In this document: positions 38,495-48,759 of the stretch, piece after piece | How the letters are laid out: each line of letters begins with the position of its first letter | Numbering within the stretch: position 1 is the first letter of the stretch | Assembly (NCBI GenBank): GCA_965223335.1 | Contig: OZ244991.1 | Coordinates: 986,130-1,050,129, forward strand | Origin: Thermodesulfobacteriota bacterium | GTDB taxonomy: Bacteria > Desulfobacterota_D > UBA1144 > Nemesobacterales > UBA2774 | DNA: 64,000 nucleotides | Reading direction: 5' to 3' | The notes under the pieces: model-generated | Database searches by the model: none | The model's input: only the letters and a program-made list of their open reading frames with translations | Told to the model about the DNA's origin: nothing | Position numbers and translations under genes: made by a program

Positions 38495-39838
38495 ATGGAA
38501 AATTTTACATTTACATACAACCTGCTGCTGATTGTCTTGTTGCTTCTTCTGTCAGGATTCTTTTGTCTGGCAGAGGGATCTTTGTTTTCACTCGGCCGCC
38601 CACAGCTCGAGTATCTTAAGAAGAAGAACAGAAAAAGCTCTCAACTTATAGAGAAACTCTTAATAGAACCCTACAAACTGATCATCACAATACTATTTGC
38701 CGATGAGGTTGTGAACATCGCTTACTCGAGTGTAATCGGTCTAACTGTTAAAGGCCTGCTTGACACGTTCTCAGACGAGACGGTCACAATACTTTCCATT
38801 GCCATTGCATCACCCAGCCTCCTTTTACTGGGTGAGATCGGCCCCAAGACACTGGGTGTTAAATATCCCCGTATATTTGCCCGTGTGGTCTCCTACCCCT
38901 TACACTTTTTCCATGTTTTGATCACGCCGATCCGCTGGGTAATAATGGTCCTCTCAGGCGGGTTCACAAGGATTCTAGGTGGGAAAATCGAGTATGAGCA
39001 AACAGCCAAGCTCTCTGCAGAAGAGGTAAAGGCGTTGGTGGGGATAGGCAGCGAAGAGGGGGTTATTACGGATATAGAGAAAAAGCTAGTCGGCAGCCTG
39101 TTTAAGCTCGAGGAGGTCCCGGCCCACCGCATAATGGTCCCAAGCATCGAGTGTTTTCTCCTCTCCGATACAACCACACCCAAAGACGCTTTGTATGCAG
39201 TGAAAAAGAGAGGGTTCTCGCGCACCCCCGTATACCATCGCGACAAGGATAATATTGTGGGCATACTCTACGCCAAGGATCTGCTTAACTCCCAGCTCTC
39301 GGAATACTCTTCCATAAAAGAACTACTCAAACCCCCTTATTTTATTCCCCGTACCAAGATGGCGTTTGATCTGCTAAAGGAGTTCCAGCAGCACCGCCGC
39401 CATATATCGATAGTGGTGGATGAGTACGGACGTGTTGACGGCCTGGTAACAATGGAGGATATACTCGAGGAACTCTTTGGTGAGATAGAGGACGAGCGTC
39501 GGGTGATCAAGAAATCCGAGGTCCGCTGGGAGGACGAGGCATTAATCATCCCCGGCAGCATGAAGATCGATGAATTTAATAGCACCTATCTGTTTACGGT
39601 GCTTAGGTCAGGCGGGCTGGAAAACCTGGGCCGGGATCTCGAGGAGTCGGTTTTACCCTCCGAGGAAGACCACGAGACGGTTGCGGGTTTCATATTCGAC
39701 CTATTCGGCCGGTTCCCCACAGAGGGCGAAACGGTGTCCTACGGCAGCTTGGAGTTCTATGTAAACGGTGTGTCGGGTAAACGCATCACAGAGATCAAAA
39801 TACAGAGGTACGAAAGAGAGGTAGCAGATGTCGCTTGA
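38495..39838 (+). CDS. hemolysin/CNNM family protein (DUF21 TM domain + CBS pair + CorC_HlyC)
   Basis: 4-TM N-domain, CBS pair, C-terminal transporter-associated domain. Confidence 0.75.
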   Translation: MENFTFTYNLLLIVLLLLLSGFFCLAEGSLFSLGRPQLEYLKKKNRKSSQLIEKLLIEPYKLIITILFADEVVNIAYSSVIGLTVKGLLDTFSDETVTILSIAIASPSLLLLGEIGPKTLGVKYPRIFARVVSYPLHFFHVLITPIRWVIMVLSGGFTRILGGKIEYEQTAKLSAEEVKALVGIGSEEGVITDIEKKLVGSLFKLEEVPAHRIMVPSIECFLLSDTTTPKDALYAVKKRGFSRTPVYHRDKDNIVGILYAKDLLNSQLSEYSSIKELLKPPYFIPRTKMAFDLLKEFQQHRRHISIVVDEYGRVDGLVTMEDILEELFGEIEDERRVIKKSEVRWEDEALIIPGSMKIDEFNSTYLFTVLRSGGLENLGRDLEESVLPSEEDHETVAGFIFDLFGRFPTEGETVSYGSLEFYVNGVSGKRITEIKIQRYEREVADVA

Positions 39839-41063
39839 GGTAGTAATTGCAATCATTTTAATATCGCTTGCGCTCCAGGCATTTTTTGCCGGGTCCGAGA
39901 TCGCTCTAATATCGTGCGATAAGGTCAAGATGCGCGCGTTAGCCGAGGGGGGCTCAAATAGCGCCAAACTGGTGCTGAGCGCATTCGGTCAGGTAGAGCG
40001 TTTTTTGAGTACGAGCCTCTTGGGCATAAACCTCTCGCTTATCACAAGCACCATCGTCCTTACTTTTTATATTCAAGAGAAATACGGCACCGGAAGCGAG
40101 CTCTACACGGTGCTTATCCTTAGCCCGCTTATAATTATCTTTGGTCAGGTCGTACCCAAGTCCGTGTTCCAGAAAAAGCGCAACACCATAATTCTCTGGG
40201 CAATCTACCCGCTTTGGATTGCTTCCAAGATCTTCACCCCAATCCTCGTGTTTGTGGATATTTTTACCAAGAAACTACTCACTCTCATAGGGAGCACGGA
40301 AAACACTTTTATCACCAGGGAAGAGCTTATAGATGTCATAGAGGGTGACAAGAGTAAACCTACCTATGACTATAAGGAACGAATTATTAAACGAATATTC
40401 AGGTTCTCTGAAACTTCGGTTGATGAGATAATGATCCCACTTATTCATGTGAGTGCACTTAGTGAAGACGCCCCGGTTAAAGAGGCCATCAAGATGATAA
40501 AGGACACAGGCCACTCACGCATCCCGATTTTCTCTGAGCGCGTGGACAACATTACCGGCATGCTGCATTCGTTTTATCTCCTGGGGGCCGATGAACACAG
40601 CACTGTAAAACAGTATGCTAAGACACCGTTTTATGTCCCCGAGTCAAAACCCGTCGACGAATTGCTCGACGAGATGAAAGAGGGCAAGGCGGGGATGGCT
40701 GTAGTGGTAGACGAGTACGGAGGGGCCGTGGGTGCTATCACGCTTGAGGATATATTAGAGGAGGTCGTAGGAGAGATTGAGGACGAGTACGACAAGGGCA
40801 CAAAACTCTGGAGGAAAAAGAGCGAGGGCGAGTACTTGGTGAATCCCAAGATCGAGATAGATATGATAAACGACGACCTAGGTCTAGATATACCCGAGAG
40901 CGACGACTACGAAACACTGGGGGGATTTTTATTGACCGAGATGGGCTCAATTCCTAAGATCGGCGATAAAACCAAACACAAAAATATAACATTTACAATT
41001 ACCAAGGCTACAACCCGCTCGATTGACGAGGTAAAATTAAGGACTTCTAAAAAGAAAAAATAG
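39828..41063 (+). CDS. hemolysin/CNNM family protein, second tandem paralog
   Basis: Same architecture as the preceding gene; IEDEYD motif. Confidence 0.75.
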   Translation: MSLEVVIAIILISLALQAFFAGSEIALISCDKVKMRALAEGGSNSAKLVLSAFGQVERFLSTSLLGINLSLITSTIVLTFYIQEKYGTGSELYTVLILSPLIIIFGQVVPKSVFQKKRNTIILWAIYPLWIASKIFTPILVFVDIFTKKLLTLIGSTENTFITREELIDVIEGDKSKPTYDYKERIIKRIFRFSETSVDEIMIPLIHVSALSEDAPVKEAIKMIKDTGHSRIPIFSERVDNITGMLHSFYLLGADEHSTVKQYAKTPFYVPESKPVDELLDEMKEGKAGMAVVVDEYGGAVGAITLEDILEEVVGEIEDEYDKGTKLWRKKSEGEYLVNPKIEIDMINDDLGLDIPESDDYETLGGFLLTEMGSIPKIGDKTKHKNITFTITKATTRSIDEVKLRTSKKKK

Positions 41064-41104
41064 TCTGCAATCTATCCTATTAACCAGAATGATTTTTCTT
41101 GGTT

Positions 41105-41533
41105 TTAGTGTGCATCGTTTAAAAAATCTATAATCTCCCTTTCTTTTTCCCTCATCCGTTCCCGCTCACTTTTCTTTTTATGATCGTATCCCAGCAGGTG
41201 CAAAATTCCGTGAACCAACAGTTGTTTAATCTCCTGCTCGAGTGTTAAGTCGTAGTGCTCCGAGTGGCGAGTGGCAGTGTCAAGTGAGATCACTATATCG
41301 CCCAAAAGTTTTAGCCCAGGGTCCTGCGGGAAAGACAGTACATCTGTGGTTTTGTTTATACCTCTATAATCGGAGTTTAGTCTTCTCATTTCGCTATCGT
41401 CTGTGAACAGCACCGATAGCTCCATATCGCTGGGTTGGCCCAGCTTGCGCAGCACGAGCCTTATACTCTTTTTTATGTTTTGTATTTGAGGTTTGTCTAA
41501 TCGAGCGGTCGAGTCCGCCACTATCACAGGCAC
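41105..41533 (-). CDS. ybeY: rRNA maturation RNase YbeY
   Basis: HGILHLLGYDH zinc-binding motif. Confidence 0.85.
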   Translation of the reverse strand: MPVIVADSTARLDKPQIQNIKKSIRLVLRKLGQPSDMELSVLFTDDSEMRRLNSDYRGINKTTDVLSFPQDPGLKLLGDIVISLDTATRHSEHYDLTLEQEIKQLLVHGILHLLGYDHKKKSERERMREKEREIIDFLNDAH

Positions 41534-41636
41534 ATTACTATTTTACTCGCAGTTATGCTGCTCACAAATTTGCGCTTCACAATGAGTGTTGTTGGATAGT
41601 GCACTAAATTCAGATAAGATTCTTATCCGAACCACC

Positions 41637-42227
41637 ATGGCCAATAGAACTGCTAAGTACAATAGGAAAACTACCGAGGTCAACGTATCTGTCGAGATCA
41701 ATCTCGACGGCCGGGGGGATTTCGATATTAATACTGGGATCCCGTTTTTCGATCATATGTTGGCCCAGTTTGCTAAGCACGGCTATTTCGACCTCACCAT
41801 AAATGCTGTTGGCGATATAGACATTGATTTCCACCACACGGTAGAGGACGTGGGCATAGCACTCGGCGAAGCAATTCTCGAGGCTCTCGGAGATAAAAAG
41901 GGTATTACCAGGTTCGGTGAGGCGTTTGTACCTTTCGACGAGGCGCTGGCACTTGTGTGTATAGATCTAAGCGGCCGGCCGCACTTCGTTTATAACGCCG
42001 AGTTCCCCAAGGGCAAGGTAGGTGAGTTCGACGTCGAGCTCAGTGAAGAGTTTTTCAAGTCTTTCACCAATGCACTAAGGTGTAATCTGCATATCGATCT
42101 TAGGTACGGGGACAACATGCACCACAACATAGAGGCGATATTCAAGGCCATGGGCAGGGCGCTTGATAAGGCCACTATGGTTGACCCCCGATCCAATACC
42201 ATTCCATCCACCAAAGGAAAGCTCTAG
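41637..42227 (+). CDS. hisB: imidazoleglycerol-phosphate dehydratase
   Basis: RTTEVNVSVEINLDGRG...FDHMLAQFAKHG...DFHHTVEDVGIALG IGPD motifs. ATG at 41637 preferred over the GTG at 41586. Confidence 0.85.
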   Translation: MANRTAKYNRKTTEVNVSVEINLDGRGDFDINTGIPFFDHMLAQFAKHGYFDLTINAVGDIDIDFHHTVEDVGIALGEAILEALGDKKGITRFGEAFVPFDEALALVCIDLSGRPHFVYNAEFPKGKVGEFDVELSEEFFKSFTNALRCNLHIDLRYGDNMHHNIEAIFKAMGRALDKATMVDPRSNTIPSTKGKL

Positions 42228-42230
42228 AGT

Positions 42231-42869
42231 ATGATAGTCATAGTTGACTACGGCATGGGCAATCTAAGGAGTGTATCCAAGGCGTTCCAGAGCCAGGGTT
42301 TTAATGTAGAGGTAACAAATGACAGCAGCAGAATACTCGGGGCCTCGGGCCTTGTGCTCCCCGGGGTCGGTGCGTTTGGGGATTGTGTGAAGCACTTAGA
42401 CGAGCTCAACCTCACCCGACCGATAAAGGAGTATATTGCCTCCGAAAGACCGTTTTTGGGGATATGCCTCGGGCTTCAGGTGCTGTTCGAGGGCAGCGAT
42501 GAATCCCCCGACACTCGGGGACTCGGGATATTTAAGGGTCATGTAAAAAGATTTCCCGATTTTAAGGCCCAGGGGCTTAAGGTTCCACACATGGGATGGA
42601 ACACCGTCACCATGAAACGAGATGTGCCGATACTAGACGGCATACCCGAAGACAGCTGGTTCTATTTTGTCCACTCCTTCTACATTGAGCCGGCCGATCA
42701 GAAGCTTGGAGTAGTGAGCTGCACCTATGGTATTGAGTTCACCGCAGCTATACAAAAAGATAATCTATTCGCTTGTCAGTTCCACCCCGAGAAGAGCAGC
42801 GAGCTCGGGCTTAGGATTCTAAGGAACTTTGCGTCTTTGTGCGGCGAAAAAATCACAGCCACCGCCTAA
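42231..42869 (+). CDS. hisH: imidazole glycerol phosphate synthase, glutamine amidotransferase subunit
   Basis: Class I GATase: GICLGLQ catalytic Cys; HVGWN-like HMGWN; C-terminal FHPEKS. Confidence 0.85.
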   Translation: MIVIVDYGMGNLRSVSKAFQSQGFNVEVTNDSSRILGASGLVLPGVGAFGDCVKHLDELNLTRPIKEYIASERPFLGICLGLQVLFEGSDESPDTRGLGIFKGHVKRFPDFKAQGLKVPHMGWNTVTMKRDVPILDGIPEDSWFYFVHSFYIEPADQKLGVVSCTYGIEFTAAIQKDNLFACQFHPEKSSELGLRILRNFASLCGEKITATA

Positions 42870-44926
42870 TTTATCTGCTCTATATCTTTTGATGCTGGGT
42901 CTACATACCCACCCGCGTTCGCTCCGTATATAGCTTTATAAGCCCCATAGCTCCTGAGTATTCTTCTAATATAGTTTCTTGTCTCGCGAAACGGTATCTC
43001 TTCTATGAACTCGTCTTTGGGCAGCCCGTAAAACCTGGCCTTCCATTTAGCAGCCCTGTGGGGCCCGGCATTATAGCTCGCCAGCGCCAGCTCTACATCA
43101 CCCCCAAACTCATCCATGACCTGCTTCAGGTAAAAAATACCCATCTGAATATTCACCTTTGGAATTGTGAGCATCTCGGTACTAAAGTTGCTCATTCCGA
43201 TCTGCCTCGCCACTGCCCTTGCCGTGGGAGGTATCAACTGCATTAAACCCACGGCGTTCGCAGGTGACCTCACCTCTTTTTGGAACCTGCTTTCCTCCCT
43301 TATTACAGAGTATACAAGCAGCTCGTCAACACCATACTGACGGGCATAGGTGCTGACAATGTCTTGGTATCCCTTCGGGAACGACAGGCTGTTGGCATTC
43401 GGAAGCCCGATACCCTGTGCTATCTTGATTGAGTTATAGAAGTCATCCACTTGCGCATAGAGCAGACTCACCGTCAGGTTGTCATCGGTTGTTTGCGCTT
43501 CCTCCTGCATCTTCTCGATCTCTACATTGGCGTCCTCAAGCATACCGAGCTGGATCAACAGGTCGGCTTTTTGTTTTCGAGTGCTGGTGGCGGAGCTCGT
43601 AGACAAGAGCTCTGGCCTGGCACGGGGATAATTAGGAGCAATGCCCGTTTTCTTCTGAGCCATATAGGAATGGTAGGTCGGGGTACTGGACATTGCCAGG
43701 TCTCTATACACTGCGTTTGCCTCCTGTGTGTTGCCTTGCTTTTCCAGCGTGCGCGCCTTCCAGTACTTTGCGTTAGAGGAGTTATAGGAAGAGGTAGACT
43801 CGGTAAACGCCGAGAAAGTGCCGTGTGCCTCCCTCAACATCCCCCTCTTGTAATAGATCATACCCAGATTCCAGGCCCCGTCTTCGGCGTACTCGTTGCG
43901 TGGGTACTGGCGGATCAATTCATCATATAAATTGATAGCTTTTTGCGTGTTGTTATTTATCTGGTAGAGCCTGGCCGCGTTGTACATACCCTCGGGGGCA
44001 AGCGGGCTTTGTGGATAGAGCAGGTGGATTTTATAGTAGGTATTTGAAGCCTCGGTGTCGAGCCCCTGCTTACTCATTACCTTGGCCTGCCAAAATATCG
44101 ATTTTGGTGAGTTTACGGTGCGCAGCACGCTGAGAGCTTCGTTTAACCGGCCCGAGTTCACCATTGCTATTCCCATATTGGTAGTGGTTTCAGCAGATTT
44201 TGCAGGTACGTTTTGGTAGCTTGTCACAGCCTGGCCCCAAACTGCTTTTTTAAATAGATTATCCCCGCGTTTTAGGTAATCCTGCGAGGTTATCTGGAGT
44301 GGCAGGCCATGCATCTCGCTTAAAAGTTTTGCCTTTTCAATTGCCTCCTTTGCAGGCTTTGTGTATCCGTACTCGACCCATACTCTTTTGTATATGTCTA
44401 TTGCGCTAGTGTAGTTACCCATCTTCTCGTAGGTCTCGCCCAGGTTAAATAATATATTTGTTTTCTTTTTTGCTTTTACTTCGTCTGCGTAGAGTGATTT
44501 GTATATCGATATTGCATTGGTGTAGTCCCCGTTCTGCGTGTATATGTTTCCCAGACGCTCTAGTGTTTTTCTTTTGAGCGCGGTGTCGGGATACTCGGTC
44601 AACACACGGTTAAATGCGGCACTGGCTTTAGCCCAGTCCCCCAGGTTTTCATAGCCAGCGGCCTTATAGTAGAGCACATAGTCCGCCAGGATTGGTATGT
44701 TTTGCTCAAGTCCGTTTAGTGTGCTTGCACCCTGGCCAAACTGTCCTAGCTTCACAAGGCAATAGCCCACCTTGAACCTATCATTCGGGTTATTCGTTTG
44801 AGTTCTGTATATCTCGCTCTGGCAGTTAATACGAGCTTCAGAGTGTTCAACGGATAAAATTATGGAAACGAGTCCGACAAACAAACATATAGTAGTTCTT
44901 AATGATAGACATGATGCGAATTTCAT
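42866..44926 (-). CDS. TPR-repeat lytic transglycosylase (Slt family) with signal peptide
   Basis: N-terminal signal, multiple TPR-like repeats, C-terminal SLT domain (VYSVIREESRFQ...GLMQLIP). Confidence 0.75.
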   Translation of the reverse strand: MKFASCLSLRTTICLFVGLVSIILSVEHSEARINCQSEIYRTQTNNPNDRFKVGYCLVKLGQFGQGASTLNGLEQNIPILADYVLYYKAAGYENLGDWAKASAAFNRVLTEYPDTALKRKTLERLGNIYTQNGDYTNAISIYKSLYADEVKAKKKTNILFNLGETYEKMGNYTSAIDIYKRVWVEYGYTKPAKEAIEKAKLLSEMHGLPLQITSQDYLKRGDNLFKKAVWGQAVTSYQNVPAKSAETTTNMGIAMVNSGRLNEALSVLRTVNSPKSIFWQAKVMSKQGLDTEASNTYYKIHLLYPQSPLAPEGMYNAARLYQINNNTQKAINLYDELIRQYPRNEYAEDGAWNLGMIYYKRGMLREAHGTFSAFTESTSSYNSSNAKYWKARTLEKQGNTQEANAVYRDLAMSSTPTYHSYMAQKKTGIAPNYPRARPELLSTSSATSTRKQKADLLIQLGMLEDANVEIEKMQEEAQTTDDNLTVSLLYAQVDDFYNSIKIAQGIGLPNANSLSFPKGYQDIVSTYARQYGVDELLVYSVIREESRFQKEVRSPANAVGLMQLIPPTARAVARQIGMSNFSTEMLTIPKVNIQMGIFYLKQVMDEFGGDVELALASYNAGPHRAAKWKARFYGLPKDEFIEEIPFRETRNYIRRILRSYGAYKAIYGANAGGYVDPASKDIEQIN

Positions 44927-44927
44927 A

Positions 44928-45743
44928 CTATAGCCTCCCTTGTCTCTGAGGGTCCAATGCGTCCCTTAACCCCTCACCAAATAGATTAAATGAAAAAGCT
45001 GTAATGAATATAGCTAAACTTGGGAAAACAATAAGATGGGGAAATGTTCTCATTCCCTGCCACCCAGTGCTCGCAAGCGTTCCCCAGCTCGATTCCGGCG
45101 GTGCAATACCCAGTCCTAAAAAGCTCAGTGTGGACTCTGCGAGTATCGCATAGGGCACGGAAAAAGTAAGTGTAATTATAATGGGGCTAAGTATGTTGGG
45201 GATAATATGCACGCCAAGAACTCTATAAGGCGATGCGCCCAACCCTTTAGCGGATTGTACATATTCAGCGTCTTTAAGCTGTAGAACACTCCCTCGTACA
45301 ATTCGCGCTACCCTCATCCAAGCGGTTAACCCCAGTGCCAGTACAATACCCAACACCCCCCTCCCGATTACGAGTGTTATGAGCACTATAAGCAAGAGAT
45401 CGGGCAAAGAATAAAACACATCCACTATACGCATCATAAGCTCATCGGGCTTCCCACCCAAGTATCCCGATACTGCACCGTAAACTGTACCGATCAAGAG
45501 TGCTATGAGTGCAGTCCCCAATGCTACGGCAATAGATACCCTGGATCCGTAAATCACCCTGCTCAGCAGATCTCTGCCCTCTTGGTCGGTGCCCATCAGG
45601 TTTTTGCTCGTAGGTGTGCTCAGAGTGTTGGAAAAATCGGTTTTATCATACTCATACGGTGCTATAATAGGGGCCGCAACGGCTATTAAAATTATGCATA
45701 TTATGATAATCGATGTAGCGATGAGTTGGATTTTCAGTATCAA
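44928..45743 (-). CDS. ABC transporter permease, DppC/OppC type (orphan in this window)
   Basis: 6-TM permease with EAA-like loop (AKGLGASPYRVLGVHIIPN) and the DppC N-terminal pattern; no cognate ATPase, SBP or DppB adjacent. Confidence 0.65.
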   Translation of the reverse strand: MILKIQLIATSIIIICIILIAVAAPIIAPYEYDKTDFSNTLSTPTSKNLMGTDQEGRDLLSRVIYGSRVSIAVALGTALIALLIGTVYGAVSGYLGGKPDELMMRIVDVFYSLPDLLLIVLITLVIGRGVLGIVLALGLTAWMRVARIVRGSVLQLKDAEYVQSAKGLGASPYRVLGVHIIPNILSPIIITLTFSVPYAILAESTLSFLGLGIAPPESSWGTLASTGWQGMRTFPHLIVFPSLAIFITAFSFNLFGEGLRDALDPQRQGRL

Positions 45744-45823
45744 TGTTATTCTATTTCAACTGCATATATTGTTATAAAGTTGTCGATACAGATTAAAAAC
45801 TCAAGATACTTATTCCTAAACGC

Positions 45824-46201
45824 TCAAAACCCTGCCTTTCCCTCTTGGTCTTTGTAATAAGTAGCTGATACTACGGTTTTGATTCCGCCCCTGACATTAA
45901 AGTCGCCCTTTACCTGGGCTCTAATCGGTTTCGAGACCTCTACGATATCATCCAGTATTTTGTTGGTCACGTGCTCGTGAAACTCCCCCTTGTCCCTATA
46001 CGAGTACATATATAGTTTTAGGGATTTAAGCTCGATGCACAGGATATCCGGTACGTAAGTTATGTGTATAGTGGCAAAATCGGGCTGGCCGGTTTTGGGG
46101 CATACACATGTAAATTCAGGGCAGCTTATAGCGATCTCATACTCCCTGCCGGGGTACTGGTTCTCAAAAGTTTCTAGGATTTCGGTCTGTGAATCGCCCA
46201 T
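45824..46201 (-). CDS. queF: NADPH-dependent 7-cyano-7-deazaguanine reductase (unimodular QueF)
   Basis: [24 protein letters not shown] motif with the catalytic Cys; 125 aa. Confidence 0.85.
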   Translation of the reverse strand: MGDSQTEILETFENQYPGREYEIAISCPEFTCVCPKTGQPDFATIHITYVPDILCIELKSLKLYMYSYRDKGEFHEHVTNKILDDIVEVSKPIRAQVKGDFNVRGGIKTVVSATYYKDQEGKAGF

Positions 46202-46360
46202 GGTTTAGTATAAAAGTGTAACCATTAAACTCATGGTAGACTAGGGAAACATTGGACGAAAATTAAGAATTTGCGCTACTCAATCAATAAAATAGACAAA
46301 TGTGTTAGGCAGTTGAACTTGACTGCACAGGGTTTATTATAAATACTAAAATCCTTCTTC

Positions 46361-46431
46361 TGGGGCATAGTATAATGGCAGTACGACGGACTCTGGATCC
46401 GTAAGTCTAGGTTCGAATCCTAGTGCCCCAG
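46361..46431 (+). tRNA. tRNA-Gln (anticodon CTG)
   Basis: Cloverleaf folded by hand: acceptor TGGGGCA/TGCCCCA (U1-A72 as in bacterial tRNA-Gln), D-stem GTAT/GTAC, anticodon stem ACGGA/TCCGT with loop CTCTGGA, T-arm CTAGG-TTCGAAT-CCTAG. CCA is not encoded. Confidence 0.75.
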
Positions 46432-46575
46432 CAAATAATCTTTCATTAATTTTTCAACTCGAAATCACGCTTACGTTCTAGACACTTCACTGAAATTTGT
46501 TATCTGTTTTTACTAAGATTAGTAAATTAAAACAATCTTGATTATTGTTTACATCAATTAGAGGGGAATAATACC

Positions 46576-47235
46576 ATGAAGAAGCTTATTCTTTTGTTGT
46601 TTGTAGGTTTATTATTCGCGATTGCCTTTATTTCTTGCTCCGATAGCGAAGCAGAGCATGTGAGACCACCAGCCCCAGTGCCGCAGACAGGTCAGACAAT
46701 GTGCTGGGACTCTAATGGGAACATGATTAATTGCGGCGGTACAGGACAGGACGGTGACATACAGGCGGGGGTGATGCTACCCAGCCCACGGTTCACTTCC
46801 AATGGAGACGGGACGATCAAAGATAATCTGACCGGACTCAATTGGTTAAAGGACGGTAACTGCCCTAACGGAACTAGGACCTGGGACCAAGCATTCACCG
46901 ACATATTAGAACTCAACAGCTCTCAAACTATGAATGGGAGGCTCTGTGATGACTACACCGCTAATTTCAACGACTGGCGATTGCCCAACGTACGGGAACT
47001 TCAGAGTTTGATCAATTATGAATATTTCAACCCCGCACTATCCAACGCGGCGGGTATGGCCCAGTGGACAGAGGGCGATGCATTCACTGACATACAGTTA
47101 TCAGGCTACTGGACATCTAATACGGGTGCCGGCGACTCAACCCTCGCAGGATTCGTCGATTTCGCAAGTGGCGGAGTGTCGGGCCTAGGTAAGCTCAACA
47201 GCTTATTTGTGATCGCGGTGCGTGGCGGCTTGTGA
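46576..47235 (+). CDS. DUF1566 (Lcl C-terminal-like) domain lipoprotein
   Basis: Lipobox LFAIAFISC; DWRLPNVRELQSL motif typical of DUF1566. Confidence 0.55.
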   Translation: MKKLILLLFVGLLFAIAFISCSDSEAEHVRPPAPVPQTGQTMCWDSNGNMINCGGTGQDGDIQAGVMLPSPRFTSNGDGTIKDNLTGLNWLKDGNCPNGTRTWDQAFTDILELNSSQTMNGRLCDDYTANFNDWRLPNVRELQSLINYEYFNPALSNAAGMAQWTEGDAFTDIQLSGYWTSNTGAGDSTLAGFVDFASGGVSGLGKLNSLFVIAVRGGL

Positions 47236-47345
47236 GTGTTTATTTGATAATTTTTCCTGAGCATCTTTTGTCAAACTTAGAGTAATTTGGAAAGAATATA
47301 AATGTAGAATGACTGTACCGCTTGCTGTTAAGAATTTTTAAGATC

Positions 47346-48368
47346 TTAAACAGCTACTACCCTTCTCCTCATAATAAGTACCCCTACTATTCCCAATAGT
47401 ACCGCCATAGCTATTACACTCCATTCCGATAGCGTAGGTATGTTAATAGGTAAATTTACTGCATTTATTATCACATCATCCATAATTAATTCTGTAGCGA
47501 GTCCACGTGTCCAGCCTGTTGTCGTAGAATCAAAGTGTCCCCAGTTAATGAAGGAAACCTCCATTTCAGGACCGGTGGCTACGAATTCCAATGTGTATAT
47601 GTGAAAATCATCAGTGCCAAACACGTGGGGTGCACCCGGAGGTTCAGCAGAATTACCGGCAGGAACGGCAAGATATAATGTGTCATACCCTTCTAGTACA
47701 ACACCCATAATACCGTCACCAGCGGTCAATCCATTAGATGACGTTGCAAAGTCTTCATTTCCCCATTCTCCTGAAACCCAAAAACTTATTCTATATACCC
47801 CACTTGGTATAAGGCCAGTGACAGTCTGTGTAATCGTTACACCCGTCCCGAAACCAACACCGGGAAGAATTGTGGGCGGGGAACTAAAAACAACTTCTCC
47901 GTTAGGCATAAATTGCGGGGTTTCGGAAATTTCTCTTGGGGTTTGATTACCTAAATAAATAGATCTTTCACCGTGTATTTGAGTAGATGACCACGCTTGC
48001 CCCGCCACAGGCACATTAAACGCCGGCAATGCATTAAAGTTATTGCCCCACCTCGCATAGGTATCCGGGCCTCCACCTGACGTCGTCCATCCATCGGGCA
48101 AAGCAAATGGTGTCAAAATAGTTCCTGTTGAAATGTAGTAATACCCGTCTCCATCTACACCTGGCAATAAACCGCCGAAATCATTACCATTATCCAGGTG
48201 AGGCTCCTCAAAGCTACCATTGATTACCAGGTTGCTATTACGGCTAAGTGGTTCGGCGCCTGTGATTATTGTTGGGGTAGCAGCTTTAACTATTGCTGAG
48301 TTACAGAAAAAAATTATCAAAGTTATCGATATACCAAATTTTATAGCGTTGTACATTTGCGTATCCAA
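47346..48368 (-). CDS. secreted surface protein with C-terminal IPTL-CTERM sorting signal
   Basis: Signal peptide at the N-terminus; the C-terminus NIPTLSEWSVIAMAVLLGIVGVLIMRRRVVAV is the IPTLSEW motif + TM helix + Arg cluster. Confidence 0.55.
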   Translation of the reverse strand: MDTQMYNAIKFGISITLIIFFCNSAIVKAATPTIITGAEPLSRNSNLVINGSFEEPHLDNGNDFGGLLPGVDGDGYYYISTGTILTPFALPDGWTTSGGGPDTYARWGNNFNALPAFNVPVAGQAWSSTQIHGERSIYLGNQTPREISETPQFMPNGEVVFSSPPTILPGVGFGTGVTITQTVTGLIPSGVYRISFWVSGEWGNEDFATSSNGLTAGDGIMGVVLEGYDTLYLAVPAGNSAEPPGAPHVFGTDDFHIYTLEFVATGPEMEVSFINWGHFDSTTTGWTRGLATELIMDDVIINAVNLPINIPTLSEWSVIAMAVLLGIVGVLIMRRRVVAV

Positions 48369-48759
48369 TATTTTTTAGCCGAGAGGTCTTAAAGCAATAC
48401 ATTGTAATGTATACAACATATATGCAATTAGAAACTTAATGTATATTACTTAATCTGGGAGTTATGAGCAACTACATTTAAGAGTAGGTCTAAATCTCGT
48501 CAGGTTAAGAGAATTTACACAACTTAAGTATAACGATGATTATCCTAGAATTTTAAATCTGATAAAAAAAGGAGCAATGACCCGAAGCCACTGCTCCTCC
48601 TTTAATCTATTTTAAGCTAAATCACTTAGTTTGATTCCAGGAACAATAGCTGGCCACCTTCTGCTAAGTCAAAATTGAAAATTCTTGAAAGTGGGTTGAA
48701 TGTGTCCTGGTCTTCTAATCCGTGTGCCTGCACATTGAAGATGAACAGAGTCCCCGGCC

